Of a stretch of 64,000 nucleotides of DNA, positions 22,634 to 34,179 are shown piece after piece. Every line of letters begins with the position of its first letter. The first letter of the stretch is position 1. The position numbers and the translations under genes were made by a program. The notes below the pieces were generated by a model. That model was not told the origin of the DNA, did not search any database, and saw only the letters and a program-made list of their open reading frames with translations. This DNA is from Nitrosopumilus sp. Its GTDB lineage: Archaea; Thermoproteota; Nitrososphaeria; Nitrososphaerales; Nitrosopumilaceae. The stretch is from contig OZ244732.1 in the NCBI GenBank assembly GCA_965219345.1, positions 1,408,001 through 1,472,000 of the forward strand. Direction: 5' to 3'.

Positions 22634-23135
22634 GGTTCTGTGAAGTTATCGGGTGTTATTCCGCAGCCTTGTCTAATGAGGCATAAAAGTACAATGGGGC
22701 CTCGATCTGACATTCAACCTTCTTGCAAGTTCTCATACCATGATCCAGACCTTTCGGAATTTGGTTCTGTCGGGTTGTCGGGGGAGGGGGAGGGGGGACA
22801 GGTCAGGGCTGGTTTCTCCATTCATCCTTGTCCGAAGCCGTCATCTGTTTAGAAGATACATTTCTGCTTGGTGAAGGCAACATAGCTAATAACTTCTTCA
22901 AGTGAGACAGGGTTACAAGCACTGTAGGGCAGCAGATCCAGACCAATGGTCTTTGATGCCAGGAATCCCCGCTGCGGTTTTTCATCCAATGGAGATATCA
23001 TCACTGTACTGTGTGGCAGTAGTAGTAGCAGCAGCAGCGAAGGCCAATGCATTATGATACCAAAGACAATGGCTACGCGGCCGGCATCTCTTTTGATTCA
23101 TAGTGACGGATTTTTACAAAAGAAAAAAGAAAGGC
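22634..23135 (+). repeat. IS6 end plus decayed exported-protein ORF; diverged copy at 40345-40835
   Basis: Co-linear similarity from GGTTCTGTG through GACGGATTTTTACAAAA...AGAAAGGCTAG. Confidence 0.85.
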
Positions 23136-24478
23136 TAGCTGCAGGTTGCAGTCGTAGTTATGGTCTGTCTCAGCTGACCTGTAAAGTCTTGACTGATGTC
23201 ACCAATTTGAACCTGCAGATAGTAGAAAGTAACAAAGGGAGGTTTCAAATTACTTACAACAATAACGTCTGTTTCAGACATTGGGGTTCTGTCCACGTAT
23301 AAAGTGTTTGTAATACTAGAGTGCCTTGTCTGCCCTACACCCATGATTGGCTCATCATTACTGTTCATCCAGTCCGTTGCAGATATGTCCACATCAACAG
23401 CGGAATTGCCACTATTGTTTATTGTAAGTGCCTTTGCATCCGAAGTGTCGCCGTATGCCAGACTGCCAAAGTCCAGATCACCGGTTACGCTGGCCGAGCA
23501 TACGGGAGCATCGGCGTTGGAGGCATCCAGCGTGACGTCAATTGTTTTTGATGCAATCTCGTTTAGGGACCCTACGATAGTGCCGTTTGCAGCAACGGTA
23601 CCGTAAGGCAGACTGACAGTCGTATCGTATGCAAAGGTGTCATCACTAAACACGCCTCTGATGACATAATTTCTAGTACCATTTTCCAAGGTTACGGGAG
23701 TTATGATTGATCCGCCAGATGTGAAAAAAGGAAGGTCATACCCAACTGTAAAACTGCCCTGAAAGTCGGAAATGGCGGGAAGCGGAAAGAAGAAGTCACC
23801 GAAGACGTCACTAACAGTTTCAAGACCCCCCAGGTCATCACGGTCAAGCACGACTACGCCAGAACCGTTGGAGAACTTTGTAAAGTCATCCCTGAACGTT
23901 ACGGATGGCTTTTCACCTACCGTAATCTCCACGGGTATGGTCTTGGTTGCCCCGGTAGTAGTACAGGTCGCATTCCCGGCATTACCGGTATAGGTGAACT
24001 CTTTTATGACAATGTCAAACGTATCGATGCCCGTATATGTAGCACCGGGGATGTAGTCAAATTCGGCAAGCATTGTGGGGTCGTGGCCAAAGTCATTCGT
24101 ATTACAGGTTATGGCAAGTTCGGGACTATTGCCATCACTGTAATCGTATGGTTTTATGGGATCTCCAGATGCCACAAGGCTGCCGCCCTCTTCAGTGGTC
24201 AGGGGGTCGGGAAATACGGCAATCCAGGGATTTCCAGTGACATTGTAACCAATAGCATTATGAAGTATAGGAGTAAAGTTAGGTCGTTCTGTTACCAGGG
24301 ACAGATCATGGGCAATTGTACCATATCCGACATCGTATCTCAGTGTTGGAACAATATCCACAGTACCATCAGTGTCTGACTGGCCATACGCATAGTAGCC
24401 TCCTGCAGTCATTGTTGCTGTTATCGCTACCGCCATCAGGATCGCCGCAACAGTGCCGTCTCTCTCTTTTAGTGCCAA
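23135..24478 (-). CDS. Secreted surface-protein family, paralog 1
   Basis: Signal peptide; FDYIPGATYTGIDTF cadherin/Ig-like strand; C-terminal Cys-bounded beta-rich domain (LDFGSL...TTATC). Confidence 0.85.
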   Translation of the reverse strand: MALKERDGTVAAILMAVAITATMTAGGYYAYGQSDTDGTVDIVPTLRYDVGYGTIAHDLSLVTERPNFTPILHNAIGYNVTGNPWIAVFPDPLTTEEGGSLVASGDPIKPYDYSDGNSPELAITCNTNDFGHDPTMLAEFDYIPGATYTGIDTFDIVIKEFTYTGNAGNATCTTTGATKTIPVEITVGEKPSVTFRDDFTKFSNGSGVVVLDRDDLGGLETVSDVFGDFFFPLPAISDFQGSFTVGYDLPFFTSGGSIITPVTLENGTRNYVIRGVFSDDTFAYDTTVSLPYGTVAANGTIVGSLNEIASKTIDVTLDASNADAPVCSASVTGDLDFGSLAYGDTSDAKALTINNSGNSAVDVDISATDWMNSNDEPIMGVGQTRHSSITNTLYVDRTPMSETDVIVVSNLKPPFVTFYYLQVQIGDISQDFTGQLRQTITTTATCS

Positions 24479-24479
24479 T

Positions 24480-24517
24480 GACTGTATACGGGGGGGGGGG
24501 TTAAATAACTATATCGA
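24480..24517 (-). promoter_or_regulatory. Putative promoter with C11 tract, paralog 1
   Basis: Minus strand TCGATATAG-TTATTTAA-C11-GTATACAGTCA-TTG. Confidence 0.65.
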
Positions 24518-24748
24518 AGGATACTGTTAACAATTCGTGACATGGGCATGACTGCACCCCCAGGGGATCATCTTTGTGTCAAAGGTACAATCATGAGGCC
24601 ATCTGATCCCTCATTGACGGGTATTTCCTTCATGCATTCATCATGGCTGCCCTTCCTGCAAAACCAGCATATGCGTGATTCCATCATCATTCTTCTGACG
24701 GGCAAAACCCCACTGTAAACTTATCTGGAGGACTCTGGTATGTACTAG

Positions 24749-24926
24749 CAATGTCTGACATTGCAGACAACAAGTTCCAGATCCATCATTTCAAATATTT
24801 TGAGAACCTTTTCCCTGCTAACAATGTCTGACATTGCAGACAACAAGTTCCAGATCCATCATTTCAAATATTTTGAGAACCTTTTCCCTGCTAACAATGT
24901 CTGACATTGCAGACAACAAGTTCCAG
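24749..24926 (+). repeat. 73-bp tandem repeat, ~2.4 units, at the IS6 transposase break point
   Basis: CAATGTCTGACATTGCAGACAACAAGTTCCAG at 24749, 24822 and 24895 with identical intervening sequence. Confidence 0.9.
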
Positions 24927-25324
24927 CATAATGCCGATAACCTGCTGAGAATGGCAAAACAGCAGTCTGGCAAGTCACCTAGAAACTTCATTACAGACGG
25001 GCTGCCAGCTTATGCCAAATCCTCAAAAAAAGTATTTGGGAAAGACACGAATCATGTAAAGCACATACATCTCGCTGGGAAGCGTGACCGTGACAATAAC
25101 AACAAGATGGAGAGATTGAACGGGAAAATCAGGGATCATGAGAAGGTATTAAGGGGATTGAAAAAGATGGATACGGCAATCCTTGACGGCATGAGGGTGT
25201 ATTATAACTTCACAAAAGAACACTCTGCACTTGGCGGTAGAACGCCAGCAGAGCCTCAATGATAAGGTTGAGGGTTCTAACAAATGGAAGACGATAATCC
25301 AAAACGCCTCACTGAGCAGAACTA
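24895..25324 (+). pseudogene. IS6-family transposase, C-terminal remnant
   Basis: ITDGLPAY, NNKMERLNG, YYNF..H.ALGGRTPA; homologous to 42626-43252. Confidence 0.85.
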
Positions 25325-25594
25325 TTCAGTAGATATTATGCGTATTGCCTTTGATTTTGCGTCATGAACTCGTTTATGCATTTTCCTTAAGTTGGAATTG
25401 TATGTATCACAGCAGTCAGGATTGCAATCTATTCCGGTTGTTTTGAAACCAGCTGCTTCAAGACCCAACGAAAGCCCGCCAGCTCCGGAGTAGATGTCAA
25501 GTGCTACATATTTTGAACGTTTTGTTGGTCGTAATATTTTTTCTATTTCAAAAGGGTAATTTTTCTTGAGTGCATGTATGTCAGGAAGTTTCAT
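25322..25594 (-). pseudogene. C5-cytosine DNA methyltransferase, N-terminal fragment
   Basis: ALDIYSGAGGLSLGLEAAGF is motif I; the ORF is truncated. Confidence 0.75.
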
Positions 25595-26000
25595 TACATA
25601 TCATCAAAAATATATTTGCTAAAAACCTTCTGCAGTGGCAGGTTGCAGTCGGACATGATTTTGGATCCCAAAAGAGATGTTATGGCTTGCAATGTTTACA
25701 GTACCTGCTCTTGTTTTTTGCCAAAAACTTCCTTTCACTTTTTCTTATGATGTAATACTTGCTGTTCTTTGTGTCTCTCATCTGCGATGGCATCGTTAAG
25801 GAACTGCATGATGGGTTGTGAATTATGTCCTTTTGATTCAGAGTTGTCGTGTTTGTCACATCCGAATGCAGTTGTGTACGCAGTACAAGAACATCTTTTG
25901 ATGCTTTGAATTTCTTGATTTTGTTTGAGGGAATTCTTTCCAATACTGGCGTGTGCCATGTCATTGAAATTAAATGTTTATTTAGTGCGTTCGTAGTGCA

Positions 26001-27098
26001 TGTTAAATTTTGATGAACCGATCACCAACCTCTATTGTACGGAAATTATGTCGCGCGCCAAGAGTCCGGCGTACTGCCCAAGAGTATTTTACACTACACA
26101 AGTCCAGGCACCCCATGCCAATACGCCTGACCGACAAGGCCATCCGATACGCCGTCAGGCAGCTGGAGAAGGGCAAAGACACCAAGACGGTCGCAGAAGA
26201 GATCAACGTCACCCAGAGGCATGTGCAGCGGCTGTGGGCCGAATTCAACAGGACCGGTTCGATCCACGTCCAGCAGCCTGCAGGACGGCCGGCAGATCTC
26301 CCACCGCCCGACGAGGAAACCAATATGGTATTAGACGTTCACGGACGCAAGCCGGAGGGTGTGCTACGGACAGCCAAGAGGCTTCGGAAGGAGGGACACG
26401 ATATAAGCTACTCCCGCGTATACCAGATAATGAAGTCCAACGGCCTGGTCATCGACTCCCCGGCAAAGTCGAGGAAGCGCAAGTGGGTCAGGTACGAGCG
26501 CCTGTACTCGAATGCCATGTGGCATACTGACTGGCATGTGATGAAGGATCCGCGCATGAAGGATCTGAACCTGATCACGTATCTTGATGATGCCTCCAGG
26601 TGCGTTACGGGCGCGGCATTGTTCAGGGAGGCCACCTCAGAGAACGCGGTGGCGGTGCTCCGGCAGGCAGTCGGCAGGTTCGACGTGCCGGCGACCATCC
26701 TGTCCGACAACGGCTCGTGCTTCGTCGGCAGGGGCGGCCGCAAGAGGCAGACAGGCACCTGGACTCCGACCCTCTTTGAGAACGAGCTGCTGGACCACAA
26801 CATAGGGCTGATCAATTCAAGACCGTATCACCCGCAGACCAACGGAAAACTGGAGAGGTTCCACAGGAGCATCGAGGAGGAAATATGGCACTATGACGGG
26901 CTGGACGACTATGTCGAGTACTACAACACGGACAGGCTGCACTTTTCACTGGACATCGACAACTACGAGACGCCGCTGATGGCGTTCCGCAACAAGAGGG
27001 CTACCGACGAGATAAGACAGCAGAATTCCAGATGGATGGAGGCAGATATCAATGACTGACGACCCAGACAGGGGGCGACATGATTTTCATATATTACA
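26001..27098 (+). mobile_element. IS481-family insertion sequence
   Basis: TGT...ACA ends; GC-rich; single transposase ORF; abuts an IS6 N-terminal gene; no clear TSD. Confidence 0.8.
26010..27059 (+). CDS. IS481-family transposase (true start possibly ~26115)
   Basis: MWHTDW, LDDASR, LSDNGSCF, HPQTNGKLERFH (rve core). Confidence 0.92.
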   Translation: MMNRSPTSIVRKLCRAPRVRRTAQEYFTLHKSRHPMPIRLTDKAIRYAVRQLEKGKDTKTVAEEINVTQRHVQRLWAEFNRTGSIHVQQPAGRPADLPPPDEETNMVLDVHGRKPEGVLRTAKRLRKEGHDISYSRVYQIMKSNGLVIDSPAKSRKRKWVRYERLYSNAMWHTDWHVMKDPRMKDLNLITYLDDASRCVTGAALFREATSENAVAVLRQAVGRFDVPATILSDNGSCFVGRGGRKRQTGTWTPTLFENELLDHNIGLINSRPYHPQTNGKLERFHRSIEEEIWHYDGLDDYVEYYNTDRLHFSLDIDNYETPLMAFRNKRATDEIRQQNSRWMEADIND

Positions 27099-27473
27099 GC
27101 AATTATTGCATGTGTAACGTTGTCTTTTGGTTCCATTCTTTAGTTTTCTGAATCCTTGTTTTACTATCTCAGTTGAATAACATTTTGAACAAATCTTAGG
27201 ACGTTCTGTTTTCTCTATCTTGCTTTGTGATGTAATGGAATCCATTAAGATAATACAAGATTTGATATGCTTGCAATGTTTATCATCTAACTTTCTTAAT
27301 CTAAAATGAAAATCCTTGCACTCACAAGTCCATACATCGACTTTTGGTAGTTTTCTAATGTTGTAAGTTGTATCTGAGTTTTGTGATTCCACAGCATAAT
27401 GATTCTTTGTAATTTTTCTAATTGAATTAGTTTTTGAGAAAATTTGTGTTGCTTTTAGTTTTCTTTGATTCAT
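27099..27473 (-). pseudogene. IS6-type transposase N-terminus (SWIM and Zn-ribbon), cut by IS481
   Basis: WTCECKDF...CKH SWIM; CSKC...VKQG.R...QRYTCNNC Zn ribbon. Confidence 0.7.
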
Positions 27474-27546
27474 ACTACTAATAGTATTATAGTATTATTA
27501 ATAGTTATACTATAAGAAATAAATACTAATTATAATATTGATTAAC

Positions 27547-27684
27547 ATGGGTAAGAAATTAGTAACATCTGTTAAAATTGATGAAGATGTTTGGAAAGAA
27601 GCCAAAATCACAGCTATCAAACGAGGAACTACGGTAACAGATCTTTTGAATACGGCATTAGAAGAAGAATTAAAAAAACAGTGA
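27547..27684 (+). CDS. Small ribbon-helix-helix/CopG-like protein (45 aa)
   Basis: Manual translation MGKKLVTSVKIDEDVWKEAKITAIKRGTTVTDLLNTALEEELKKQ; divergent from the transposase. Confidence 0.7.
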   Translation: MGKKLVTSVKIDEDVWKEAKITAIKRGTTVTDLLNTALEEELKKQ

Positions 27685-27797
27685 ATAGATAACGTATAGT
27701 ACGGTACTTCTTTCAAAACACAAATTCGCCCTATTAAATTACAATAAACCTTATAAGTAACTTTTACTTCCATTAAAGTAATTGGTGATTTTCTTTA

Positions 27798-29003
27798 ATG
27801 TTTAGTAAGTCTGTTATAGATGAGTATAACGATCCATTATGGGACTCGAGTAAGTTTACTAAACCTAATGGAAAATTTGAAAGTAATGACCAAAACCAAC
27901 AAACATTTGTTCCCAATGTATTACCCCCTTCAATTTCATACGATAATGAATTAGTAATGTTACTTGCACAAGCCGAAAGAAAAGTTGGTGAGTTAAAAGG
28001 AAAAGGCAGTGAATTAAAAAACCCACATATTTTAATTCGAGCATATCTAAAACGTGAAGCAGTATTAAGTTCAAAAATTGAAGGAACCTTAGCTTCTCTA
28101 GAAGATTTGAACAAACATGAAGCTATCGGCAATATTGGACAAAATGTAGCTGAAAACTTGAGATTACGAGAAGTTGTGAATTATGTTAGAGCATTAGAAG
28201 AATCTTTAAAAAAAATAGAAGAACCAAATCAACTTGTTGATTTGAATATTATAAAAACAGCTCATAAAACATTAATGAGTGGAGTTAGAGATCAAGATAA
28301 AAATCCTGGAGAATTTAGGACAACACAAAATTGGATCGTAAAAACTCAAGGAACCAAAAAGACAATTATCTATACACCACCGTCTCCAAAAAAAATATTA
28401 GATTTACTTACAAATCTTGAAAAATTTTTCCAAACAGATCATAATCAAATTTCTACATTAATTCAATGTGCTATCATCCATTATCAATTTGAAGCTATAC
28501 ATCCGTTCCTTGATGGGAATGGGAGAATCGGAAGATTATTTCTTCCATTGATATTATACAAAAAAGGTTTGTTGCCAGAACCATTATTATATTTAAGTGC
28601 TTATTTTGATAAATATCAAGAAGAATATTATAATGGATTGTTAGCAGTGAGTCAAAAAGGCAAATGGAGGGAATGGATGAAATTTTTCCTTAAAGCTTTT
28701 GCAGAACAAGCTGATGAAACAATAAAAAATATTCAAAAATTAGTAGATTTGGAAAAAAAATATAAAAATATACTTAGACAAAAAAATACCAGTAGTAATG
28801 TTGTTCTTTTAATGGAACATATGTTTTCAAATCCATACGTTACAATTCCACAAGCTAGTAAATTTCTTGAAGTTACATATCCATCAGCAAAAAATGCAGT
28901 TATGACATTAGTAGATGTAGGAATAATACAACAAACAGACATATTCTATAATAGTAAAGTTTTTCTTGCAGAAGAAATAGAAGCAACTCTGAATATAGAT
29001 TAA
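27798..29003 (+). CDS. Fic-family protein (Fic_N, Fic, C-terminal HTH)
   Basis: EAVLSSKIEGT inhibitory motif and HPFLDGNGRIGR. Confidence 0.93.
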   Translation: MFSKSVIDEYNDPLWDSSKFTKPNGKFESNDQNQQTFVPNVLPPSISYDNELVMLLAQAERKVGELKGKGSELKNPHILIRAYLKREAVLSSKIEGTLASLEDLNKHEAIGNIGQNVAENLRLREVVNYVRALEESLKKIEEPNQLVDLNIIKTAHKTLMSGVRDQDKNPGEFRTTQNWIVKTQGTKKTIIYTPPSPKKILDLLTNLEKFFQTDHNQISTLIQCAIIHYQFEAIHPFLDGNGRIGRLFLPLILYKKGLLPEPLLYLSAYFDKYQEEYYNGLLAVSQKGKWREWMKFFLKAFAEQADETIKNIQKLVDLEKKYKNILRQKNTSSNVVLLMEHMFSNPYVTIPQASKFLEVTYPSAKNAVMTLVDVGIIQQTDIFYNSKVFLAEEIEATLNID

Positions 29004-29255
29004 AAAGGATTTTAAAAATTCTTGATAATTAGAGATTTTATTAATTTCTTCATGTCCCGAATTGAACAGTAATCTCAAATGACCCGAGTTTTGAACAGTG
29101 TACATAATCTCAGCACCCGAAGATTACACAGAACCATATTCCAACACTTTTAATAACTTCCCACAATTCCTGCAGCAGTCAATTCGCACAATTTATGACA
29201 TATGATGTTATTTTATAATTCTTTAACTAATATTCATAAAAAAAGATAAGGGTAT

Positions 29256-29825
29256 CTATCTTAATAGATCAGATATTCTCTCTTTTACGTCGTCTTTGTT
29301 GCCTGTTCTATCATCTAGTTTGTTTATTGCTTGACCATCTTCAATTTTGTAAATAGATTTTGAGATAGATATTGGGTTGTATGTGTCCCCAAATATACTA
29401 TGGATGTCTTTTCCAAGTAATAAAATTACTTGTTCTCCCACAGTTAGATCTACTGACTCTGTTCTAGAAATTATTCCATCTAAATCACCACCACCCACTA
29501 CAAATGTGATAGTTTGAGAATTTATATCACCTTTGATGACATCATCTACTTTAACAGTAAATTCGGTGTAAATTCTAGGTGGTTTATCATTATGGATAAT
29601 CTTCCAGTATGGTTTGGCTTCTAGTATAGTTCCTTCAACAATAAGAGATGCTCTGTTGATCTCTTGCTCTTCTGTTAAAGCCTCTTCTAAAGTACTAACA
29701 CCAATAGATATACCTGGGTTATCAACTGCAAATTGTTTCCCTATTGTATCAGCATCTGGTTGACTAAATACAAGAACAGGAATTACCACAAGTACCAAAA
29801 GAGGTAGTAATAGTTTTTTATTCAT
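29256..29825 (-). CDS. Exported hypothetical protein
   Basis: Signal peptide MNKKLLLPLLVLVV; ASLIVEGTI...IYTEFTVKVDDVIKG OB-like pattern. Confidence 0.7.
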   Translation of the reverse strand: MNKKLLLPLLVLVVIPVLVFSQPDADTIGKQFAVDNPGISIGVSTLEEALTEEQEINRASLIVEGTILEAKPYWKIIHNDKPPRIYTEFTVKVDDVIKGDINSQTITFVVGGGDLDGIISRTESVDLTVGEQVILLLGKDIHSIFGDTYNPISISKSIYKIEDGQAINKLDDRTGNKDDVKERISDLLR

Positions 29826-30042
29826 CTTGATACATCCCCCTAATTGTTGCTTTATCATGGCTGTTCAATGTTCTATCTACAGTATTGACTGAAATTGAAG
29901 CTATCATAGGTGAGCTTGATGTTGTTGTATGATCATGGATACCAGCAACATGTCCGATTTCATGGATGGCAACAGTTTCATAGTCATAAGACATCCATCC
30001 TTGAGATACATTTACATCTCTAAAATCTTTAGCACTGTTAAA
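29818..30042 (-). pseudogene. Matrixin/M10-like zinc metalloprotease C-terminus, truncated by an IS6 end
   Basis: Manual translation ...YDYETVAIHEIGHVAGIHDH...SPM...LNSHDKATIRGMY; the 5' end stops at the IR at 30043. Confidence 0.7.
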
Positions 30043-30221
30043 GGTTCTGTGTAATCTTCGGGTGCTGAATCTTTAGGCTAATAATATTCTTATATATGGT
30101 ATATAATATTATGATGTTACAAGCTTGTTGTGTGTGTTCTGTCGGTTTACCCGATTAGAATAAGCATACCTCCTGTTGGACTGGGCACAGTTCGTCGGAA
30201 AGCAGGAGGCAATTTATTTTT

Positions 30222-30293
30222 GGTTGTATGGTCTAGTGGTATGATGTATGGATTCCGACCCATACGACGTGGGTTCAATTCCCACTACCATCA
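30222..30293 (+). tRNA. tRNA-like gene or pseudo-tRNA (probably Gly-TCC; atypical 8-nt anticodon loop)
   Basis: GGTTGTA-TG-GTCTAGTGGTATGAT-G-TATGG-ATTCCGAC-CCATA-CGAC-GTGGG-TTCAATT-CCCAC-TACCATC-A; good D and T arms, one acceptor-stem mismatch. Confidence 0.65.
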
Positions 30294-30301
30294 CAATTCT
30301 A

Positions 30302-30420
30302 TTAGACTGAATTTTGCTTGTGCAATGAAGCGTTTTCTATAATTGTTTTCCAACGATTTATTCCGTCAACCGTGATTTTAGCTGATTCTGCTGGAGTTTG
30401 TCCTTTGAGTGCATCGAGAT
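30302..30420 (-). pseudogene. IS6 transposase extreme C-terminus
   Basis: ALKGQTPAESAKITVDGINRWKTIIENASL matches the end of 42626-43252. Confidence 0.8.
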
Positions 30421-31597
30421 TGCAGAGATCAACGAATCCTTGTATTCGATTATAGGAACTGCTGGCAAAGTAGGAGGAAAATCTACAATGTCGTATCTGA
30501 TATACATGGCAATTAGGATTTTGGAGATGCATAGAATTCTAAAATCAACAGGTTCGTTGTACCTGCACTGCGACACCACAATGAGCCATTATCTCAAGCT
30601 GGTACTGGATTCAATATTTGGTGGGGAATCATTCCGAAACGACATAACGTGGAAACGAACCAGTTCTCACAATGACAGCAAGAGATACGGGAAGATTTCT
30701 GACCAGATACTGTTTTACTCCAAGACCAGAGACTACACATGGAATGATGTCTATCTTCCATACTCGGAGGAATACAAAAAGAAAAATTTCAAGAACAAGG
30801 ATGATCGTGGATATTATAGCCATGAACAATTAACTGCTAAAAGTCTGTCAGGCGGAGGGTACGAGTATGAATACAAGGGGCATATGAGAATCTGGAAGAG
30901 AGCGTTAGAATCTATGTTGGAGTTAGAAAAAAATGATATGTTGCATTACCCAAAGAAAAAAGGTGGACTTCCACGTTATAAGATATATCTTGATGATGCA
31001 AAGGGACTGCCTTTGTAGAACATCTGGACTGACATATCTGGTGTCAAGGGTTCAGAAAGGCTTGGCCACCATACGCAAAAACCACTTGCACTTTTGGAAC
31101 GAATCATAAAAGCCAGCAGTTACACTGGTGGAATGGTGTTTGACCCCTTTTGTGGCTGTGCCACAGATTGTCTTGCAGCAGAGAAACAGGGCAGAAAATG
31201 GATAGGGTGCGATATATCAGAAAGAGCCTATTCGTTGATTGAACAAAGACTCAAGAAAGATGCAGGAATTGCCAAGTTCATTACTAGCACAGGACAAGTT
31301 ATACAAAGAACGGATATACCAAAAAGAAAGGGTAGGCGATCCAAGGATGTCAAGCATACGTTATACGGAATCCAACATGGGTACTGCAACGGTTGTAAAT
31401 ACCATTATCTATTCAAGGATTTGGAGGTAGATCACATCATACCAAAAGCAAAGGGTGGTCAGGATGATGACAAAAACCTTCAACTACTTTGTGGTAACTG
31501 CAACAGACGGAAGGGCGGAAAGCTTACCATGACTGAACTTAATGCCGTGCTGGTTGCAGAGGGCATGAAGTTCGGTAAGGGTAAGACAGAACTATGA
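30420..31597 (+). pseudogene. N6/N4 DNA methyltransferase-HNH endonuclease fusion, 5'-truncated with an internal stop
   Basis: LKSTGSLYLHCD, TQKP..LLERII, DPFCG, and C-terminal CxxC...VDHIIPKAKGG..D..NLQLLCxxCN; TAG at 31016-31018. Confidence 0.85.
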
Positions 31598-31954
31598 AAT
31601 CACCATAAAACTACTGACAATTAACAACAGGGTTTAACCCCTGACATCTATTCCATATCCCCATTATTAGACAGAACCGACAGAACCCCTCACCCCTCGA
31701 CAGTTAACAGGAAGAATTAAGCGACGATAAGTTAACAGAACCCTGTATTAGAAAAGTTAAAAGAATACTATGGATAATGATGATTGTTATGGTCAGAACA
31801 GAAAGAACCGCTGGTTTTACAGATACTCTGGATACAGTATACGAGTATGAGAACGAGGATGATATAATACCATCCAAAATTCTACACGTGGTGTCTAAAT
31901 CACAATCATCTACCGACCCTTAACAGCAAGAATTATCTACCATGAACTTAACAG

Positions 31955-32654
31955 CCCCATATTGATAGTACTCTTACAAGACTCAGAACGGGAACCATTA
32001 ACTCTAAAGTCAAATCTCTTCTGAAAAAGATGCGTTCTGACAATCATTCTTTGTATTTGGTTTCCGGAAGATCACTTACAAGAATAATGGCAGATATGAA
32101 AATTTTAGAGCATGTAGAAGATTATGCAATAGCTGAAAACGGGGGAATAATTCTGCGAGGATTTGCACCAAATACAGAACAAAGATTAGGAGACAAAGAA
32201 GAACCAAAAAAGGTATGGGACTCTACAAGATAATCATACCGATATAAAACAAGACAAATCTCAAGGAATACGATTAACTGAGATAATTATTCTCAAATCA
32301 CCTACACTTACACAAAAAAATATGGAATATGTAATAACTAAAACAAACGCAGATGCTCAAGTTTTATCAAGTAAAACATCATATCATATTTCAAAAAAGG
32401 GCATCGACAAAGGAGCTGCTATTGAAGAATTAGCCAATTATCTGAGTCTAGGTAATGAATTAACTGTGGCAGTAGGGGATAGCGAATTGGACATTCCCAT
32501 GCTTGATGTAACTGATCTAGGTTTTGCCCCGCATAACGCATCATCTGAAATTAAGGCAATGACGAAAAAAAGACCCACAATAATGTCAAAGTCATGCCAT
32601 GATGGCATAATAGAAATGTACAAAAATTTTTTTCTTAAAAGAAATGACTCCTAA
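31955..32654 (+). pseudogene. HAD-IIB phosphatase (phosphoglycolate phosphatase-like), frameshifted
   Basis: IDSTLT, VSGRS, IAENGG, DKG and AVGDSELDIPM spread over two frames. Confidence 0.75.
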
Positions 32655-33511
32655 AAAAGAAAAGAAAGAACTGGTTTTTGAGAAAGGTAATCTTCCAGAA
32701 GGGTTTCAGGCACTCCCTCTTTCTTTATCTCTTCTTGAATGTCATTAAAGCTTGGCATCTCCTCAAGAGTTTGTGCTTAATCTCAAACAATTGACATCTA
32801 TGTCTTCTTCGTCCTCGTCATGTCTTTGGCAAATCCTTGTGATATTTTGATAATTTTTCAGTTCAAACTCTTTCAATAATTCACGTACAGAAGAATCCAT
32901 GATATAGATAAGGCAACAAGATACAATAAGAATCTTGTTGCAAATGTTGACTGGAAAAAAAATTATTTTATTGACTCATTTATCAGATCATCCATAGAAT
33001 CATCCGTAAGGTATCCGTCAGGCAGTACTGCAGGCAGCAGACTGTTAGGACTGACACTATTATCGATAATGTAAATGGTTGCATGATCACGTGTCTCCAA
33101 ATCATTTATTTCCACGGTCTTTGTCTCGCTGAATTTCTTGACGGATCTGCGATTGTCGTCAAAATACATTATGCTCTTCATCTCAGTCCTCACCTAGTTT
33201 TTTTTATCTCTGACTCTTTTTCAGTAAACATTAGTTGTATGGCCTGTGTTTGATTTGATACAGGATCAAAACGAGGATTTTTAGGATTGATGAGAATATC
33301 TGAAAGAGATATGAATTTTCTAGAAAATTTTTTCATATTTTAAAAATAATTGTTGAATTTAAATCACTTTTGGTTCTTCCATACAAAATCTCCTCCGTCT
33401 ATTGTTGTCACTGTCAATATTTTTTCTGCCTAGATTCTGCTTCAAAACATCTAAACCTCTCAAAAATGTAACCAAGTACCAAATTAAATACCAGATCAGA
33501 TTATTCATGTC

Positions 33512-34107
33512 ATGTATGATATTTTTGAGGATGCCAAACGAATCAATTTTTTTGGCAAAATTTTAATAATTATTTCAAATAATAAAATTGTCTTTAAGGA
33601 TCTTAATGAGCCAAACACACATCATACAATTATGTTTTTAGACAATGGTGTGATTGACATTCATAAAACTAAGGAAGGAAAATTAAAGGAATATGAATCC
33701 ATATCACAATTTAATTTTGGAAATGTCATGAAAGAAATGCTAAATGTGTTTGATAATAAAGAAGAAAATATCTTTAATGATATGCTTCAAGAGTTAAAAC
33801 CGGTGAATTTTACTGAAAAAGAATTTGAAAACTACCATATTATTCTAAATAACACTAAGCAAGAATTTGCAAAAATTATTCAACATACTAAGAGAAAAAT
33901 AGCGATTCCTGAAGAAAGGCATTTCTGAAATTGACGAATCAAATGCATGGATAAAATGGAATATCAGGTTTGGTTTATGATGATGAAAAATTGATGGGGT
34001 GTATCATTGAGAATGAAGACAAACATGCATATTTTCCTTTGATGGCCTTGGAAAATTCAAACATGATGAAGGTGCTGGCTAAACTGATATCAGATAATTC
34101 TGCTTGA
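33512..34107 (+). pseudogene. Hypothetical protein, probably frameshifted
   Basis: 138-aa AT-rich ORF with a coding-like continuation; no recognisable motif. Confidence 0.4.
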
Positions 34108-34179
34108 TTCTGACTTCTTGCTCGCAAAATATGCACAAATGTCAATACTTGAGTAAAGTCATCTTTGATAATAAGGCCT

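Noticed and set aside
24749-24926. CRISPR array
   Set aside because: The spacers are identical, the repeat is IS6 transposase coding sequence, and no cas genes are present.
30222-30293. tRNA as an att site of the island
   Set aside because: It lies mid-island, I found no duplicated 3' fragment, and there is no integrase.
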